DNA of 64,000 nucleotides from assembly GCA_965112155.1 (NCBI GenBank), contig OZ218111.1; one strand, 5' to 3'. Both the position numbers and the translations under genes were made by a program. Positions 11,986 to 33,035 of the stretch are shown piece after piece. This DNA is from Podarcis liolepis. Its lineage: Eukaryota. Each line of letters starts with the position of its first letter. Position 1 is the first letter of the stretch. Under the pieces are notes generated by a model, which was not told the DNA's origin, ran no database searches, and was given only the letters and a program-made list of their open reading frames with translations.

Positions 11986-12911
11986 GGGCCAGCAGCTGAG
12001 TGGGATGCCCTTCCCTGCAGAGACGGACGCTGGCAGGCTCGGCTTCCCAGGAGGCAGCTTTTTAGAATGAAGGGATGGTGGCTTCTCTCCTCCCTTTCCC
12101 CCCTCTTCCCAAGCGGACACTGATAGGCTGTGCCTTCAAATGTTTTTATTAAAGATCTGACCACTTTATAACTCTTTGGAACTAAGGCCTTTCTGGCTCT
12201 TATTTGCTTTTCCACCTCACCCAAATTCCTGTGACAGTAAGACTCACGGCATAGTTCTGTTCTTTGCTCAGGTGATAAGAAATTGCTTTGGTCTTTCCCC
12301 TCAGTCCCCCACAGCAATTGGGAAGACAGCTAGGAAAGGGGAATTGGAGCAGGGTGTGTACGGAGACCCAAAACCAGATAGGGCCGCAGCACCCCCTGCT
12401 GGGAAGATATATAGGCAGCTGCCAAATATAGCTTGGTACATTTACTTTTGCTGGCTGCAACTTTTAGGAGGGTCTCTGCCAGAGAAACTGGTTGTTTTCA
12501 TTGCCCCCTACTGGATCATTTTAGCTGAAGGTGCTGCTGTGGTTTGAACCTGTGACCTTCTGCATGCAAAGCAGCTGCTCCACCACTGGGCTGTGGCCTT
12601 TCTCCAAAGGCTTTGCTTCTGACATGTTTTCAACTAACATGGGGGAGTTTGCAACCAGTTACCAGCCAGAGAGGATGCTATACTTGTTTCTGAAACCAAA
12701 AAGGCAAAGGGTGCAGATACCTGAAAGGGTGCAGATACCTGAAAGCTACATTTCTAGCTGGGCAGCATGTGCAAGCAGCACCTCATGAAACTAGGTGAGA
12801 TCAGAGAGTTTTGCTCAAATCTGACTCTTTCCTTGAAGTGGAAGGGGAGCCATTTGTGCCTTGATAGACTTTTGGCAGAGTTGGGCTCCTGTCAACATCA
12901 GATGATTGAAC

Positions 12912-13099
12912 CACTGGCAGAGGAAGAGGAGTGTGGGGGGAGCACACTGCCCCCGGCAGCACGATCCTGGCGGGGTGCCATTGTGGCTGCCCCTGCGCGT
13001 TCTGGGCAACACGCCCATGTGGGTGGCGCGTCAGCCCTGCCCCCACCTGCTCTCCGCCCCCCCTCCGCCCCCGTGCTGGAGCACGAAGCTGTGTCACTG
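12912..13099. mobile_element. hAT-type MITE
   Basis: CACTGGCA...TGTCACTG termini with perfect 8-bp TSD GATTGAAC (12904-12911, 13100-13107). Confidence 0.75.
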
Positions 13100-13379
13100 G
13101 ATTGAACTGTGGGCGCAGCAAAACTGTACACTTACTAAAGGTATTGCCAAACCTACATGCGTACCTGACTGCACTTTATGTGGCTTATAGATATTATAAG
13201 AGTGATATCTGGGGTTTCAAACCTGGAACTCCCTTGCCATGTAGTGGGGGTATATTGTACTGTAACTTTACTTGCTTTATTACCAGACTTTTTTAAAAAA
13301 CCACAAATTCCACTACCAATTTGGACTTTAAAACAGCAAGACGATAATGGTGAAATGTGGGTTAGACAATGTTACTCTT

Positions 13380-15010
13380 AGGGTGGATTTGTAGCTGGTT
13401 GACTAACCAAAAGAATGCTCACCAACAGTTCCTCATCATCCTGGAAAAGTGACAAATGGGGTGCCACAGGATTTTTTCCAGGGCCCAGTGTTGTTTGATA
13501 TCGTTATAAATGACGAATTAAGGAATAGAGGGGGTGCTCATCAAATTCGACATCAAACTGGGAGGCTAATATAGAATCATACATATGGAAGGGACTCCAA
13601 GGGTCATCTAGTTCAACCCCCTGCAACACAGGAATGTCAACTAAAGCATCCATGACAGATGGCCTCTGCTTAAGAACCTCCAAAGGAGGAGAGTACACAA
13701 CCTCCTGAGGGACACCATCCCACTGTTGAACAGTGCTTACTGTGAGAAAGTTCTTCCTGATGTTTAGTCAGAATTTCCTTTCTTGTAACTTGAAGCCATT
13801 TGTTCATGGGTATAGGGCGGTATATAAATTTGATAAATAAAATAATAAAACATCTCCCCTCCAGGCAGGAGAAAACAAGCTTGCTCCATCTTCCATGTGA
13901 CAGCCCATAGGATATTTGAAAATGGCTATTGTATCTCCTATCAGTCTCTCTTCCAGGCTAAAGCTACCCATCTTCAAATGTTCCTCATAAGGCTTGGCTT
14001 CCAGACCCTTGATCATCATGGTTGCCATCCTCTGCACAATAGAGAAAATCTCAATAGGGACAAATGTACAGTTCTACACCTAGCAAGGAATATTCAGTTG
14101 CACACTATATAGAATGAGGGACATCTGGCTTGAAAAGGAGCGAGGAGTCTTGGTAGATCAAAACCTTAGCATGCACGAGTTAACAGTGTGATCCAGCTAG
14201 TGCAATACTAGGCTGCATCAGCAGAAATCTAGTGTCTAGATCAAGAGAAGTAATAGTGCTGTTCTATTCTGCCTTGATCAGACCCCACCTGGAGTCCTGT
14301 GTTCAGTTCTGGCCACTACAATTTAAGGAGCATATGGAGAAGCTGGAACATGTGCAGAGGAGGGCAACCAAAATGATCAAGGGGCTGGAACCCAAACCTT
14401 ATGAGGAACAGTTGAGGGAGCTGGGTATGTTTAGCCTGGAGAACAAGAAACTTGAGAGGTGATATGATAGCCATCTTCTAATATCTGAACATGGGTGTTC
14501 AGGGGACACAGGTGGTACTGTGGTCTAAACCACTGAGCCTAGGGCTTGCTGATTGGAAGGTTGGTGGTTCGAATCCCCGCAACCGGGGTGAGTTCCCATT
14601 GTTCGGTCCCAGCTCCTGCCCATCTAGCAGTTTGAAAGCACGTCAAGTGCAAGTAGATAAATAGGTACCGCTCCAGTGGGAAGGTAAACAGCGTTTCCGT
14701 ACGCTGCTCTGGTTCGCCAGAAGCGGCTTAGTCATGTTAGCCACATGACCTAGAAGCTGTCTGTGGAAAAACGTCAACTCCCTCAGCCAGTAAAGTGAGA
14801 TGAGCACTGCAACCCCAGAGTCGTCTGCGACTGGACCTAATGGTCAGAGGGTCCTTTTACCTTTACCTTTACCTTTAATATCTGAAAGGTTATTACATGG
14901 AAGATGGAGCAAGTTTGTTTTCTGCTGCTCTGGAGGGTGGGACCCAAAGCAAGTGACAATAAAAGAGATTCTGATGAAATATTAGCAATAGCTTTCTGAA
15001 GGTCAGAGCT
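13380..15010 (+). mobile_element. Degenerate CR1 LINE with nested insertions (antisense CR1 3' end, L2 tail, Sauria SINE)
   Basis: CR1 ORF2 peptide SRSREVIVLFYSALIRPHLESCVQFW...RRATKMIKGLE (14232-14462). An opposite-strand copy, QRMATMMIKGLEAKPYEE, lies within about 13572-14037. Boundaries approximate. Confidence 0.85.
14503..14876 (+). mobile_element. Sauria SINE
   Basis: tRNA-derived head (ggttcgaatcc B box), Sauria-SINE core and (ACCTTT)n tail. TAATATCTGAA recurs on both sides. Confidence 0.9.
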
Positions 15011-16479
15011 GCCAGAACATTTTGGGAGCAATGGGTTCCCCATTTACAGAATCAAAATGTGTTTGTATAGCAAATACAAAAAAAGGCAGGGATGGCGAAG
15101 GACCACTGGCCTGTAGACCATGGTTGGCCCCCCAAGCCAAGGTGGCATCAGGTAGCATTGGTCATACATACAGGGTCCAGTCCAGGTGCTTTCCCACTGC
15201 AACCAAGATGGCAGCAGCTGGTGACATCACAGCTTCTTCCTCACATGATCTGATATGATTATCAGGGATGGGACAACTGGTATCCCCCATCATAACACTG
15301 GGCTGGGGAGAAAGGTTTAAACCACTCTGCTGTGCTGAGCATGAAAACCACTCCGTCCCTGCTTGATTCTGCTAGATGTGTGAGGGGTGATGTGTGCAAG
15401 CATGTGATGGCCAGGCTCATTGCTAGTCTCTGGTGGTGTTGCAATGGGTTGACGTGGTCCTGTTCAAATGCCCCTCAAGTTAAGACTTGCATTTGTGCTA
15501 GCAATTGGCTAATGAACAGGTGCATAATGACGTGTTAGCATAAAGCTGGAGTTCTTGTTCCTCTCAATTCCGTGTCTACACGTAATCCCTTTTCAGTGAG
15601 GGCAGCCACTCTAAGCCAAAAGTTTGCCTCCTCTTCAACCAATATGTACACGTTGCATTGCTGAGCATAGCTAAAGGAATTGCATAACAACAGGGCATGT
15701 GCAGTCAAATGAAATGAGCGCCTTCATAACAAAGGTGCTGCATCTCTAAGCCAGGATCTCTACATGTCAGGCAAGAAAATGCACAGAAATACAGGCTTAT
15801 TGTTATTATTAAATTTGTATACCACCCTTCATCTGAAGAGCTGTGAGAGGGGAGAAGAGATTAAAAAGCTGAGCTGCTCCTTAGAATCATAGAATTGCTA
15901 GGGACCTCAGGGTCATCTAATCTAAATCCCAGCAATGCAGTAATCTCAACTTCTTTGGCAATCACTCACCAAATCTCAACTAGACCACACAGGACAGCCT
16001 TGCTTATTCTTCATGAGTGAACTTGAACAGTGAATGTAGTGAATAGGCTAGGGTTAGTTCAGTTTAGAGCCATAATACCAAGGTTCATCTTACATTGTTT
16101 TTACTTTCTGTCTGCTTCCCTTTTATTCCTAACAATGTCTCCTAAATTGACTGCTGAAGTGGGTCTGTTTGCCATAGAATTCCCATGTGCCTAGCTGCAA
16201 GGCATTCAGGTTACTGGGTTTAGGATCAGTAGCCCATAAGGAAACAGAGATGCAGTTGGTCTCTTGAGTTCCTGGTTGAAGGGGGTCTGTCAGTGAAATG
16301 AGCTAGCTGCTTTGATCTTGGACAAAGAAAAGGCAGCTGGAAGCTAGCTAGCTCTGCTTTCCCCAGCAATTTGTGTGCGTAGATTTGACTGAGAAGTGCT
16401 AGGACACTGGCTCAAAACATTTTAAAAAAGTAGTTGTTTTAATGCATCCCAGTTTCCTTCCCATTTGGGGATGCAGGAG

Positions 16480-17045
16480 TAAGTGGGGAGGGTGGCGGCG
16501 GCGGCAGGCAAAGGCCCACTGGCAGCACTGCAGGGCTGTTGTGCTGCAGTTGGGCAACGAGGGTGATAAAAGAGTTTGGCTTCAGCCTCTCGGCTGAGGG
16601 ACCAGCTCTTCACAACAGGGGGCACTTTTTGAAAAAGGCGCGGACATCTCTCTGGCCCTCAGGCGCTGCTCTTGAGGGGGAGACGAGGGAGCCGCAATGG
16701 CGGGAGGCGGGGCCAACACGCGAAGCCCGCTCTGGAGCGCGAGGCCAGGGCGGCCCCTCGCGGCATCGCTATGACGACGAGCGCAGAGCCACCCAGCCTC
16801 CTCCTGCCACCATCTCTCCTCCTCATTGGCCGCCCTCCCGCCGGCGTGGGCCAGTGAGCAGCTGCCACACTGCAAATCCGGCCCCGTCTCCTGGAGGGGC
16901 GGGACTTCCGCCTCCTCTTTAGCTTCCCGCTGAGGCGAGAACGAGAGAAAGCGAAACTCGCCTCAGCCGCCGCTTTCTCCGGCTCGCTCTCCGTATTCCT
17001 CGCCTTTCTCCCTCTCTCGCTCTCGCTCGCCGGCGGCTGGGCCTC
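16480..17045 (+). promoter_or_regulatory. CpG-island promoter of PDIA3
   Basis: CpG-rich, with GGGGCGGG Sp1 boxes, ATTGG (about 16825) and an ETS-like CTTCCG upstream of the ATG. The island extends to about 18000. Confidence 0.7.
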
Positions 17046-25853
<8,808 letters not shown>

Positions 25854-26127
25854 GCGGGGAGGGGGGCTTGGTGTCATCATCGCCCTTGTCTGCAGAAGAG
25901 CCCATGGCCGCTCCTGGAGGTGGGGCCCTGTGGGGCAGTCTAAGCTGTTGGAAAGTGAAGCCACATTGAGCAGAGGGGGACCCAGCTGCTGCTGCTGTTC
26001 TGTTTAATTTCCTGCCCCCTCATCTCTTAACTGCACTGGCCTTGAATGCCCTGGACTGGCTGATATTTGTGGGTGGGGAGGGGGAGGGTTTGTTTTCTAA
26101 TTTTTTGTACATTTGAAGAAGTGAATC

Positions 26128-26133
26128 AATAAA
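26128..26133 (+). terminator. PDIA3 polyadenylation signal
   Basis: AATAAA 275 nt after the stop codon. Confidence 0.65.
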
Positions 26134-26705
26134 TGACCCCCTTAGGCCCCAAGTTGCCTTTCTGTGATGTTGGAAGGGGAAAGACTTCTCCCTGTCTCTT
26201 TGAGCGGGATACATTTACCTGTTTCTGGTACTTTGCTAACTTGGGAGGCTGCTCTGCCAGATAACATTTGTTCCCCATAGAAGTTACTGAACAACTCAGC
26301 TGTTCTTGAGAACTTTGCATGTTGATTTTAGCTTGGGATAGCCTAGCTCTGCAGAGGGGCCTAAGCAGCATTGTCAAATGAACATGTAGCAGATTGATAA
26401 CATAACTGATTGATACGAAGTGAAGGGAGATGTCATGTCTGTTTAAACGATCTTCACAAAATGCAATTTTTTGTATAACTTCTCATGTGGAGAGTCTCTG
26501 AGAGATGTGGTAGGTGCCAAGCTTTAAGCCTGTGTGACAAAGACCTGTCTCTGCAGCCACTAGAAACTTTGAAAACAAAGCAGCATAAGCCAGGCAAGAT
26601 TAAAGTATTCCTTGAAGAAAAGGTTTCTAGCAAAGTTCCTACTGCTTTGGGTGTGAGTGTCTGAACAAATGTCAACTCGAGTTGGACAAGCTAAGTGTTA
26701 GCATA

Positions 26706-26985
26706 CAGTGGTGCCTCGCAAGACGAAAAGAATCCGTTCTGTGAGTCTCTTCGTCTAGCGGTTTTTTCGTCTTGCGAAGCAAGCCCACTGACGGATTAGC
26801 GCTATTAGCGGCTTTTAGCGGCTTAGAAAAAGGGGGGGGGGAAACCGCAGGAACTCGCAAGACATTTTCGTCTTGCGAAGCAAGCCCATAGAAGATTTGT
26901 TTTGCGAAGCACCTCCAAAATGGAAAACTCTTTCGTCTAGCGAGTTTTCCGTCTTGCGAGGCATTCGTCTTGCGGGGCACCACTG
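26706..26985. mobile_element. Tigger-like MITE between the convergent PDIA3 and ELL3 3' ends
   Basis: TA TSD. 20-bp TIRs CAGTGGTGCCTCGCAAGACG / CGTCTTGCGGGGCACCACTG and internal CGTCTTGCGA repeats. Confidence 0.88.
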
Positions 26986-27402
26986 TATTGAGATTGTCCT
27001 ACCTAAAAATGCAAGACTACCCACACTCCAGTTTTTCCAATTAAGGCACAAGAATATACTTGCTGACTATGAAACAATTCTAAAGCACAGCTTTGTTTCA
27101 AGCCAAAGATGGCTGCTCTGGTTGTGGATAGACTGAAGTTACTTTAGGCTGCCACAAACAAGTTGCTACAGAAGGACGGGGAAAAGGGAGCACCCTCCCC
27201 CTGCTTTAAGTGTTTCTTTTCAAATTGCTTTCAGCTAGCAAGATGTTGCAGAGCAGACTTGGACCAAAACATAAGAGGAACGTACTGTAAGCCGGGCCTG
27301 TTCTTAAGCTGTACAAAGCTCACTCCAAGAGCAAGCAGTTGCAGTGAAACACTAGAGCCCCCCTGTGCTTGCTGTGAGGAGTTGCAGGTGATGCTGCCCT
27401 CA

Positions 27403-30400
27403 TCATCTCCTCTCGCCACAGCCCCTCTGCCCAGCCGGAGGGACATTCTGCTCAAAGTTTAGGATTTGAGCCTTGATGTGGGAGAGCTTGTGGTGCAGAT
27501 ACTCGCAGTGCCTCTTTTCTTCTTGGTAGTTAGGATACACCTGCAGAGAAGGAAACAGTTCAGCCACCAGGGGGAAAGAAAGCACCCCCCTCCCTGATGC
27601 CAGTCTGGGTTCCTCACCTTTTTGAAGTGCCTGTATTCTTGCAAAATCTGGTCTTCTAGGACCTGTAACCCAAGAGAGCTAGTTCAGCCCAGGACCCAGG
27701 CAGGAAAGGTCCCTTCCCTTTTGTTTCCTGAAATGTTGTTACCTTGTACTCCTTGGTTCCTTGCTGCATTCGCCTAAGCCTTGTGCCCAGCTGGGCAAAC
27801 CTCCTGCTCACACTCCCAATCCTGGCATGGAGGTGGCGGTATGTGGTGTAGTCTGCACTGAAGTCCTCCTGGTAGGCTCGGTACTGCTTTACTGAGCAAA
27901 TGGGGACATATTTCCTAGTTTCAAAAGACACATTATGTGAGTCAGAAGATGGAAAGGGAGAGCCTCCTCCCTTGGGGAATTTGACCCAAGGTATCAAACA
28001 CTGTATTGGTTGGGAAGGCCAACAGCAGCAGCCACCTCTCCAATCCATCTCCCACATCAGGAGTAGAACCTTTTTTGGTCCCAAGAACTGTGTTCCAGCA
28101 TGGACAGTCTTCCAGAAGCTCCATTTGGTCCCTAGGCATGAGATCCCCACACCAAATGTACAACAAGGCTGGGCACCAGTGAAAATGATGCTGGTTCCCA
28201 AATGGCTGAGGCCAATGAAAAATGCCCTTGCCTTGTGTGCAGTGCAGCTAAATACTTACAAGTAGTATTTGAGGTTTTCCTCTGAGGTGCTGGCATGGTC
28301 TGGGGAGGGAAAAAGGAAAAGCAGAGTCATTGTGGTGGCAGCAGTCGCCCTGCAGCCCTGCATTGGACACCAGCATCTCCCACCAGTGTGTGTTGCTCAA
28401 TGCTTTCCCAGGCTCATTCCATCTGGATATTTTGGTCTACACCTCCCATCAGCCCAACTGCTCTGCAGTCCAAAACACCGGAAAGGTTGGGAAGATTGGG
28501 AAGGTGGTTCTAGACAGCTTTTTAGACCCAAGTTGACAGCACAGGTACCTCCTGGTTTAAACCATTCTGCCAGACTGGGAAGGCTGAGCTTTCCATTTTG
28601 CTCAAGGTCAGGAGCACACTGCAGAGGTTCCAGTTGCCATCATATTTGATGTTTGTGCTGGGAGTGCATCTGCCAGACTCCTCACCTGCCTGCCTCTCCT
28701 CTTCCCCTGGCCACTCAACCTCTGGTGCTCTATGACTTCCTGCTTCAGGTTCCTCATCTGAGCTCTGAACCTCTCCTATGATGTCACTGCAATCGGTCTG
28801 GGCCCTGCTTTTCACTGCCGCTGCAGGCTGCATTTTGCGTCCCCACCAGCTGCTCTCGGCTCCTGTAAAGTGAGGCCCCTGCCATCTCCTGGATCTTGGC
28901 CCAAGTGCAGCTCGGAGAGGTTGTAGTCTCTGAAAAATAATATCCACACTTCACTCTTTCCAGGCACAGTCCACTTTAAAGCACTGTGTCTGAGTATGGC
29001 AAATGATAAGCCCTCTCTTACAGTCTAATCTGCCAAGTGGATACTAGGAACAACAGGATAATGATGGTTCCCTCTAGGCAGGAAGACCAACTGAAAACCA
29101 CCATGCAGTAGCACACACACAGGCAGGCAAATGAGAACAGAAATGGAAGACAAGAAAGTCCCTCTCCCCCTGTGCCCACAGGAGCCTGCAATGCCTGGGA
29201 ATTAGAGAGGCTGCCCAGAGGGGGTGATGCAACCAAAGCCTTGCCATGGCATCATCGGCTGTTGCTGCTACTGCTCTGAATTAAAGCACTGTTGCAGGAC
29301 TCTGAATTAAAGCACCACCATTGCAGGACTCACCGCTCTTAAAGGACTACCACCTTGAGAAGGGGCAAACTTTTCAGATGGAGGGCTTGGGAAGGGCTTG
29401 GCCAAAGCTTGCTGGGCCTCTTTCCTGCAGAAGTGGAAAGAGAACTGTTAAAAGCTGACCATGGCAGAGCAGAATAGTGGGAACAACTATGCACCCACAC
29501 ATAAAGAGACAGGATTATGCTAGAGAGGGAGGGGGAGAGAGAGAGAATGAGGACTAAGACCACAAGGATCCCCTATCCCTCCCCAGTAGTCTAACTCCCA
29601 GACTCATTGCTCTACCTGCGCAAGTGCTCAGATGCTTCCTGGTGCTGCTGCAGAGCACCTGTCCAGGCCTCCTTTCTAGGTTGCAGACTGTCTTCTTTCA
29701 AGCTGTAACTTCTTTCTGGGGGGCTCAGCTGCCCCATCTGTGGGGTAAAGGGGTGGTGAGGGAGGCTCCAGCAAGGTGAGGAAGCCCAGTGGCCTCTCCC
29801 AGACCTACCTCAGCCTGCAACTGTGGCCTCTCCAACAAGCCCAACAGCCTCTTAGCCCTCTGGTCGCTTCCGTCCAGCACCTGCACTGGTGGCCATGGGG
29901 GCTCATTGGCTGGGGGACTGCTTTCATTGCCTTTCCCTCTGGGGCTCTCTGAGGCTGCTTTCCTTGGGAGGAGGGCGCCAGTCTCTACAGTGCAGAAAAG
30001 CAGAAAGTCAAGGCAAAGGGAGTGAGGGAATAGAGCCAGCCTTGGCTGTCAGTAGCTCAACCCCCTCCCCAATGCTAATTGCAGAAGACAGTTTCCATTC
30101 TTCATCCACACTGATTGTCTATAGCAACTGAGCTGAAATTTGGATGTTGCACTTCAGATCCACTTATTAAATTTGTATACCACCCTTAATCCAAAGATCT
30201 CAAGGTGTTTCACACATGGAAGGATTTCATAAATCCAGGGTAGCTTTATAAGGTTTTCGTTAAGATACCAAACTAAACTGTTCCATTATGATCACACGTT
30301 AGTAAACAGTTTGCTAGGTGGTTTTTAAACAAGTTCCACTGCTTCTTAGGATATATACATTCTAGGTTAGAACCAGAGACCTTTGAATGGCAGCGCTCAC

Positions 30401-31676
30401 AAATTGTTCCTTTCAGGAAGTGGGTAGGGGAGAGAGGTGGTGGCAATTTGTGCCAATTCCCCCTTCAGCTCCTATCCAAGAAGCCCTTGCTGCCCCTTGC
30501 CCCTCTCTCCTCACCTGGGTTTGGGAACGCAGCTGCTGCCCTATGGCCGGTCGACCTCTCAACCCCCCATCTGGACTGGGAGGCCTCCACAACCATGGCA
30601 CAGATGGTGATCTTCTCCTGGATGGCTCCTCTGCCCTCCAGCCACCTGGGCAAAGAAGAGCAATGTTCAGGGAAGCCTCTCTCCCCCATTTCCACCCCCC
30701 AGGGAAATAGCCTTTGGGCTGGGCCAGCTTACCTGGTACTGGCCTGGCGGACGCAATCAAAGCTGGCCTGCGGCTGCTCCTTCGTATAGCGTGAGAGGTA
30801 GAAGGTGAAGCGGAAAGTCCGTGGGTCACGACGGCCAGCAGTGGCGCCACAGGGCACCTTCAGATACTGGACAGCATAGAAAGAGAAGAGGGGGGATCTG
30901 GTCTGGCCCCTTGGCCTCAGGAGCAGGGCCTGACCCTAGACATGTGGCTGGGGGCTGTTTCTGTGTCTGTGGGACCTGGCTCTGCCTGAGTGAAAAACAC
31001 TGTGCGGTGGTGCTTTTCCAGGGGTCAGTCTTGGCCCTGCGCAGGAAGGGAGTGGGCGGAGCTCCCCATACAGAGCAGCGAAGGCGCGGCTCCTGCCCAC
31101 CCCGTCTCTTTCCCTCTTCCCTTGCTACTAAAGGGGACTTTCAGCCCGAAAAAGAAGTGGCTTTCGACGGAGCGGGCTGCCCCGTTCCAGCGCCAAGACA
31201 GCAGAGCACTCCGCGGGGAGGACGCCGCAGCCAGGCTCGGTCTGCCGCTCGCGCGAGACTCGTTAGCCGCCTTGCAGAAAGCCGCGGGGAGCTCGTTAGC
31301 AAGCAGGCGGCGCCCACAGCTATAGCAACGGCCACGGCGCCCCTCCGTTGTCCAGCCCCGGCGACGGGACTCGACAGGACCCCTGCCCAATGCACGGCGC
31401 TGGGAAATATCCTTACCCCTTGGCTGCCCTGGAAGGCGATCACGGGACGAGGCGCCGCCACCTGCAGAAAAAAAGCCGGCAGTGAGACCACCCCTCCCGC
31501 CAAGTGACCGGCCGTCCGGCAATCGCCTCCAAGCCAGCCCATTACAGTACCTGACACCGCTGGTAGGCGAGCAAGGCCTGGAGGGCCGAGTCGGTCAGTT
31601 TCACGTGGAAGAGGCTGAGGCGGGCGCCCCGCGAGCCGGGGCGGTAGGAAAGGCGCTCCGCCGCCCGCCGCGGCAT
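27403..31676 (-). CDS. ELL3: RNA polymerase II elongation factor ELL3, about 487 aa
   Basis: 12 minus-strand exons: 31676-31551, 31461-31417, 30866-30733, 30645-30515, 29984-29809, 29737-29616, 29424-29334, 28929-28686, 28299-28260, 27914-27743, 27662-27618, 27540-27403; phases consistent. N-terminal FHVKLTDSALQAL and VIAFQGSQG. Occludin-ELL domain YRHLHARIGSVSRRF...YQEEKRHCEYLHHKLSHIK. Middle exons are less certain. Confidence 0.92.
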
Positions 31677-33035
31677 TGCTAGAGTGAGCGGCTGTGGCGG
31701 CGGCGCCTGGGCGGGACTTGGGCTCGACGGCGGGGCGGGGCCGCTGCTCCTTGCTCGGCAGCCGCTACTGCTCCACAAACCGGTGCGCGTGCCCAGCCCG
31801 GGATGCCTGGCTAGACCTGCCTCCGTTTGGGGCGTGGGAAAGGCCCGGAGCAAAAAGAGACCTCGGAGCTTTAGTCTGCCGTCCCTTCCAGAAGACCCAC
31901 CAAGCCCCTCAACAGTTTGCCCCGAGGAAGAACGGCCGGTCCGTTATCCAGGTCTTCGGGGGAGCTTCTGCCCATTGCCCCCGGTCCCCCAGACCGGAGA
32001 TCCCGGGGCTGAGCCCCCCTTTGGGCCCCGGGCATCGCTTCTACTCCAAAGCCCCCCGCGGCAGCCGACCCCGGACGCTTGGCCACGTGCAGCGGGGCCA
32101 CGTGCTTCTTGGGACTCTCCACTAAGCCTCTTAGAGCCCCGCAGGTCACCGGGCAATAATCTGGGGCGGAGCAGCATCCCCTAAGAACCGCTAAGACTGT
32201 CGGATGCGCCTCTTCGGTTGAGCGGCTTCCCTCGCCCAGAAGACCTTCATAGACGTTTACTTCTGGGCATAGGAGCCAACTCCTGGGCGCCATGGGGTGC
32301 CCCCAGAAAATATTTGCGGGGGCCGCCCCCCCAGTTGATAGGCACTGCTATTCAAATAGTGTGCATGCACCGCATCATGTGATCAATTATGCGAGCGGAG
32401 CTTACCTGCTCCCCCGATTTTTTATTGAGGTTGGCATTTCTGCTTCTGGGTGGTCTGTTCATACATGAGAGAATTGGGATGGAGGGCAAAGCCAACTGAG
32501 TTTTCTCAGAATCTAGCCTGTCAGGAGACGGGGAGGAACCCATTCATCCACGGGAGGTATTCCCTCTTAGCGCAGGTCTTTGGGGCCTCGCGTAGTAAAA
32601 GAGGAAACCCCCTTTTCCGTCGCGTCTGGGTGAACAGCGGGTTGCTGCTCGCCGCCTCTTCTGTTATAGACGCGAAGGCATTTACTTGGGTTTATTAAGG
32701 CAGCCCAAAGGGAGGGGCCCCGCTTGAGATGTGGGAGGGGGCCCTGCTGATCCCTGCTAAACCCAGCCGCAGCCTGACGCCCAGATCCTCCTTGGAAGTA
32801 AGCCTGAGCGCAGCTGGGGCGTAGGGGGGCTTACTCTATAATTGAATTACAGGCGCTCAGTGTAGACTGAGGGAAGGAGAGACGGCTAAGCGGCCTCTCG
32901 CTTCTGCCGCTGCCGGCCTGCTCCGACCGTCGCATGCAAGGCGGGGAAGCAAATCCCTCGAGATCCTGATGCGCGGCTGCCGGCAAAGCCCCTCGCTCCG
33001 GGAAGCCCCTTCCGAGGACGGAGGAGCAGCCCACC
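31050..33035. promoter_or_regulatory. CpG island / divergent promoter region shared by ELL3 and the FKBP8-like gene
   Basis: CpG-rich. The two ATGs diverge at 31676 (-) and 33036 (+). Paired CACGTG (about 32084, 32099) and TATAAT at 32837-32842. Confidence 0.65.

Noticed and set aside
12707-12745. Short tandem duplications (AAGGGTGCAGATACCTGA x2; also about 29274-29330)
   Set aside because: Local slippage duplications with no sign of function.
26706-26985. Regularly repeated CGTCTTGCGA motifs resembling an array
   Set aside because: They are subterminal repeats of a TA-flanked MITE in a eukaryote, not CRISPR.
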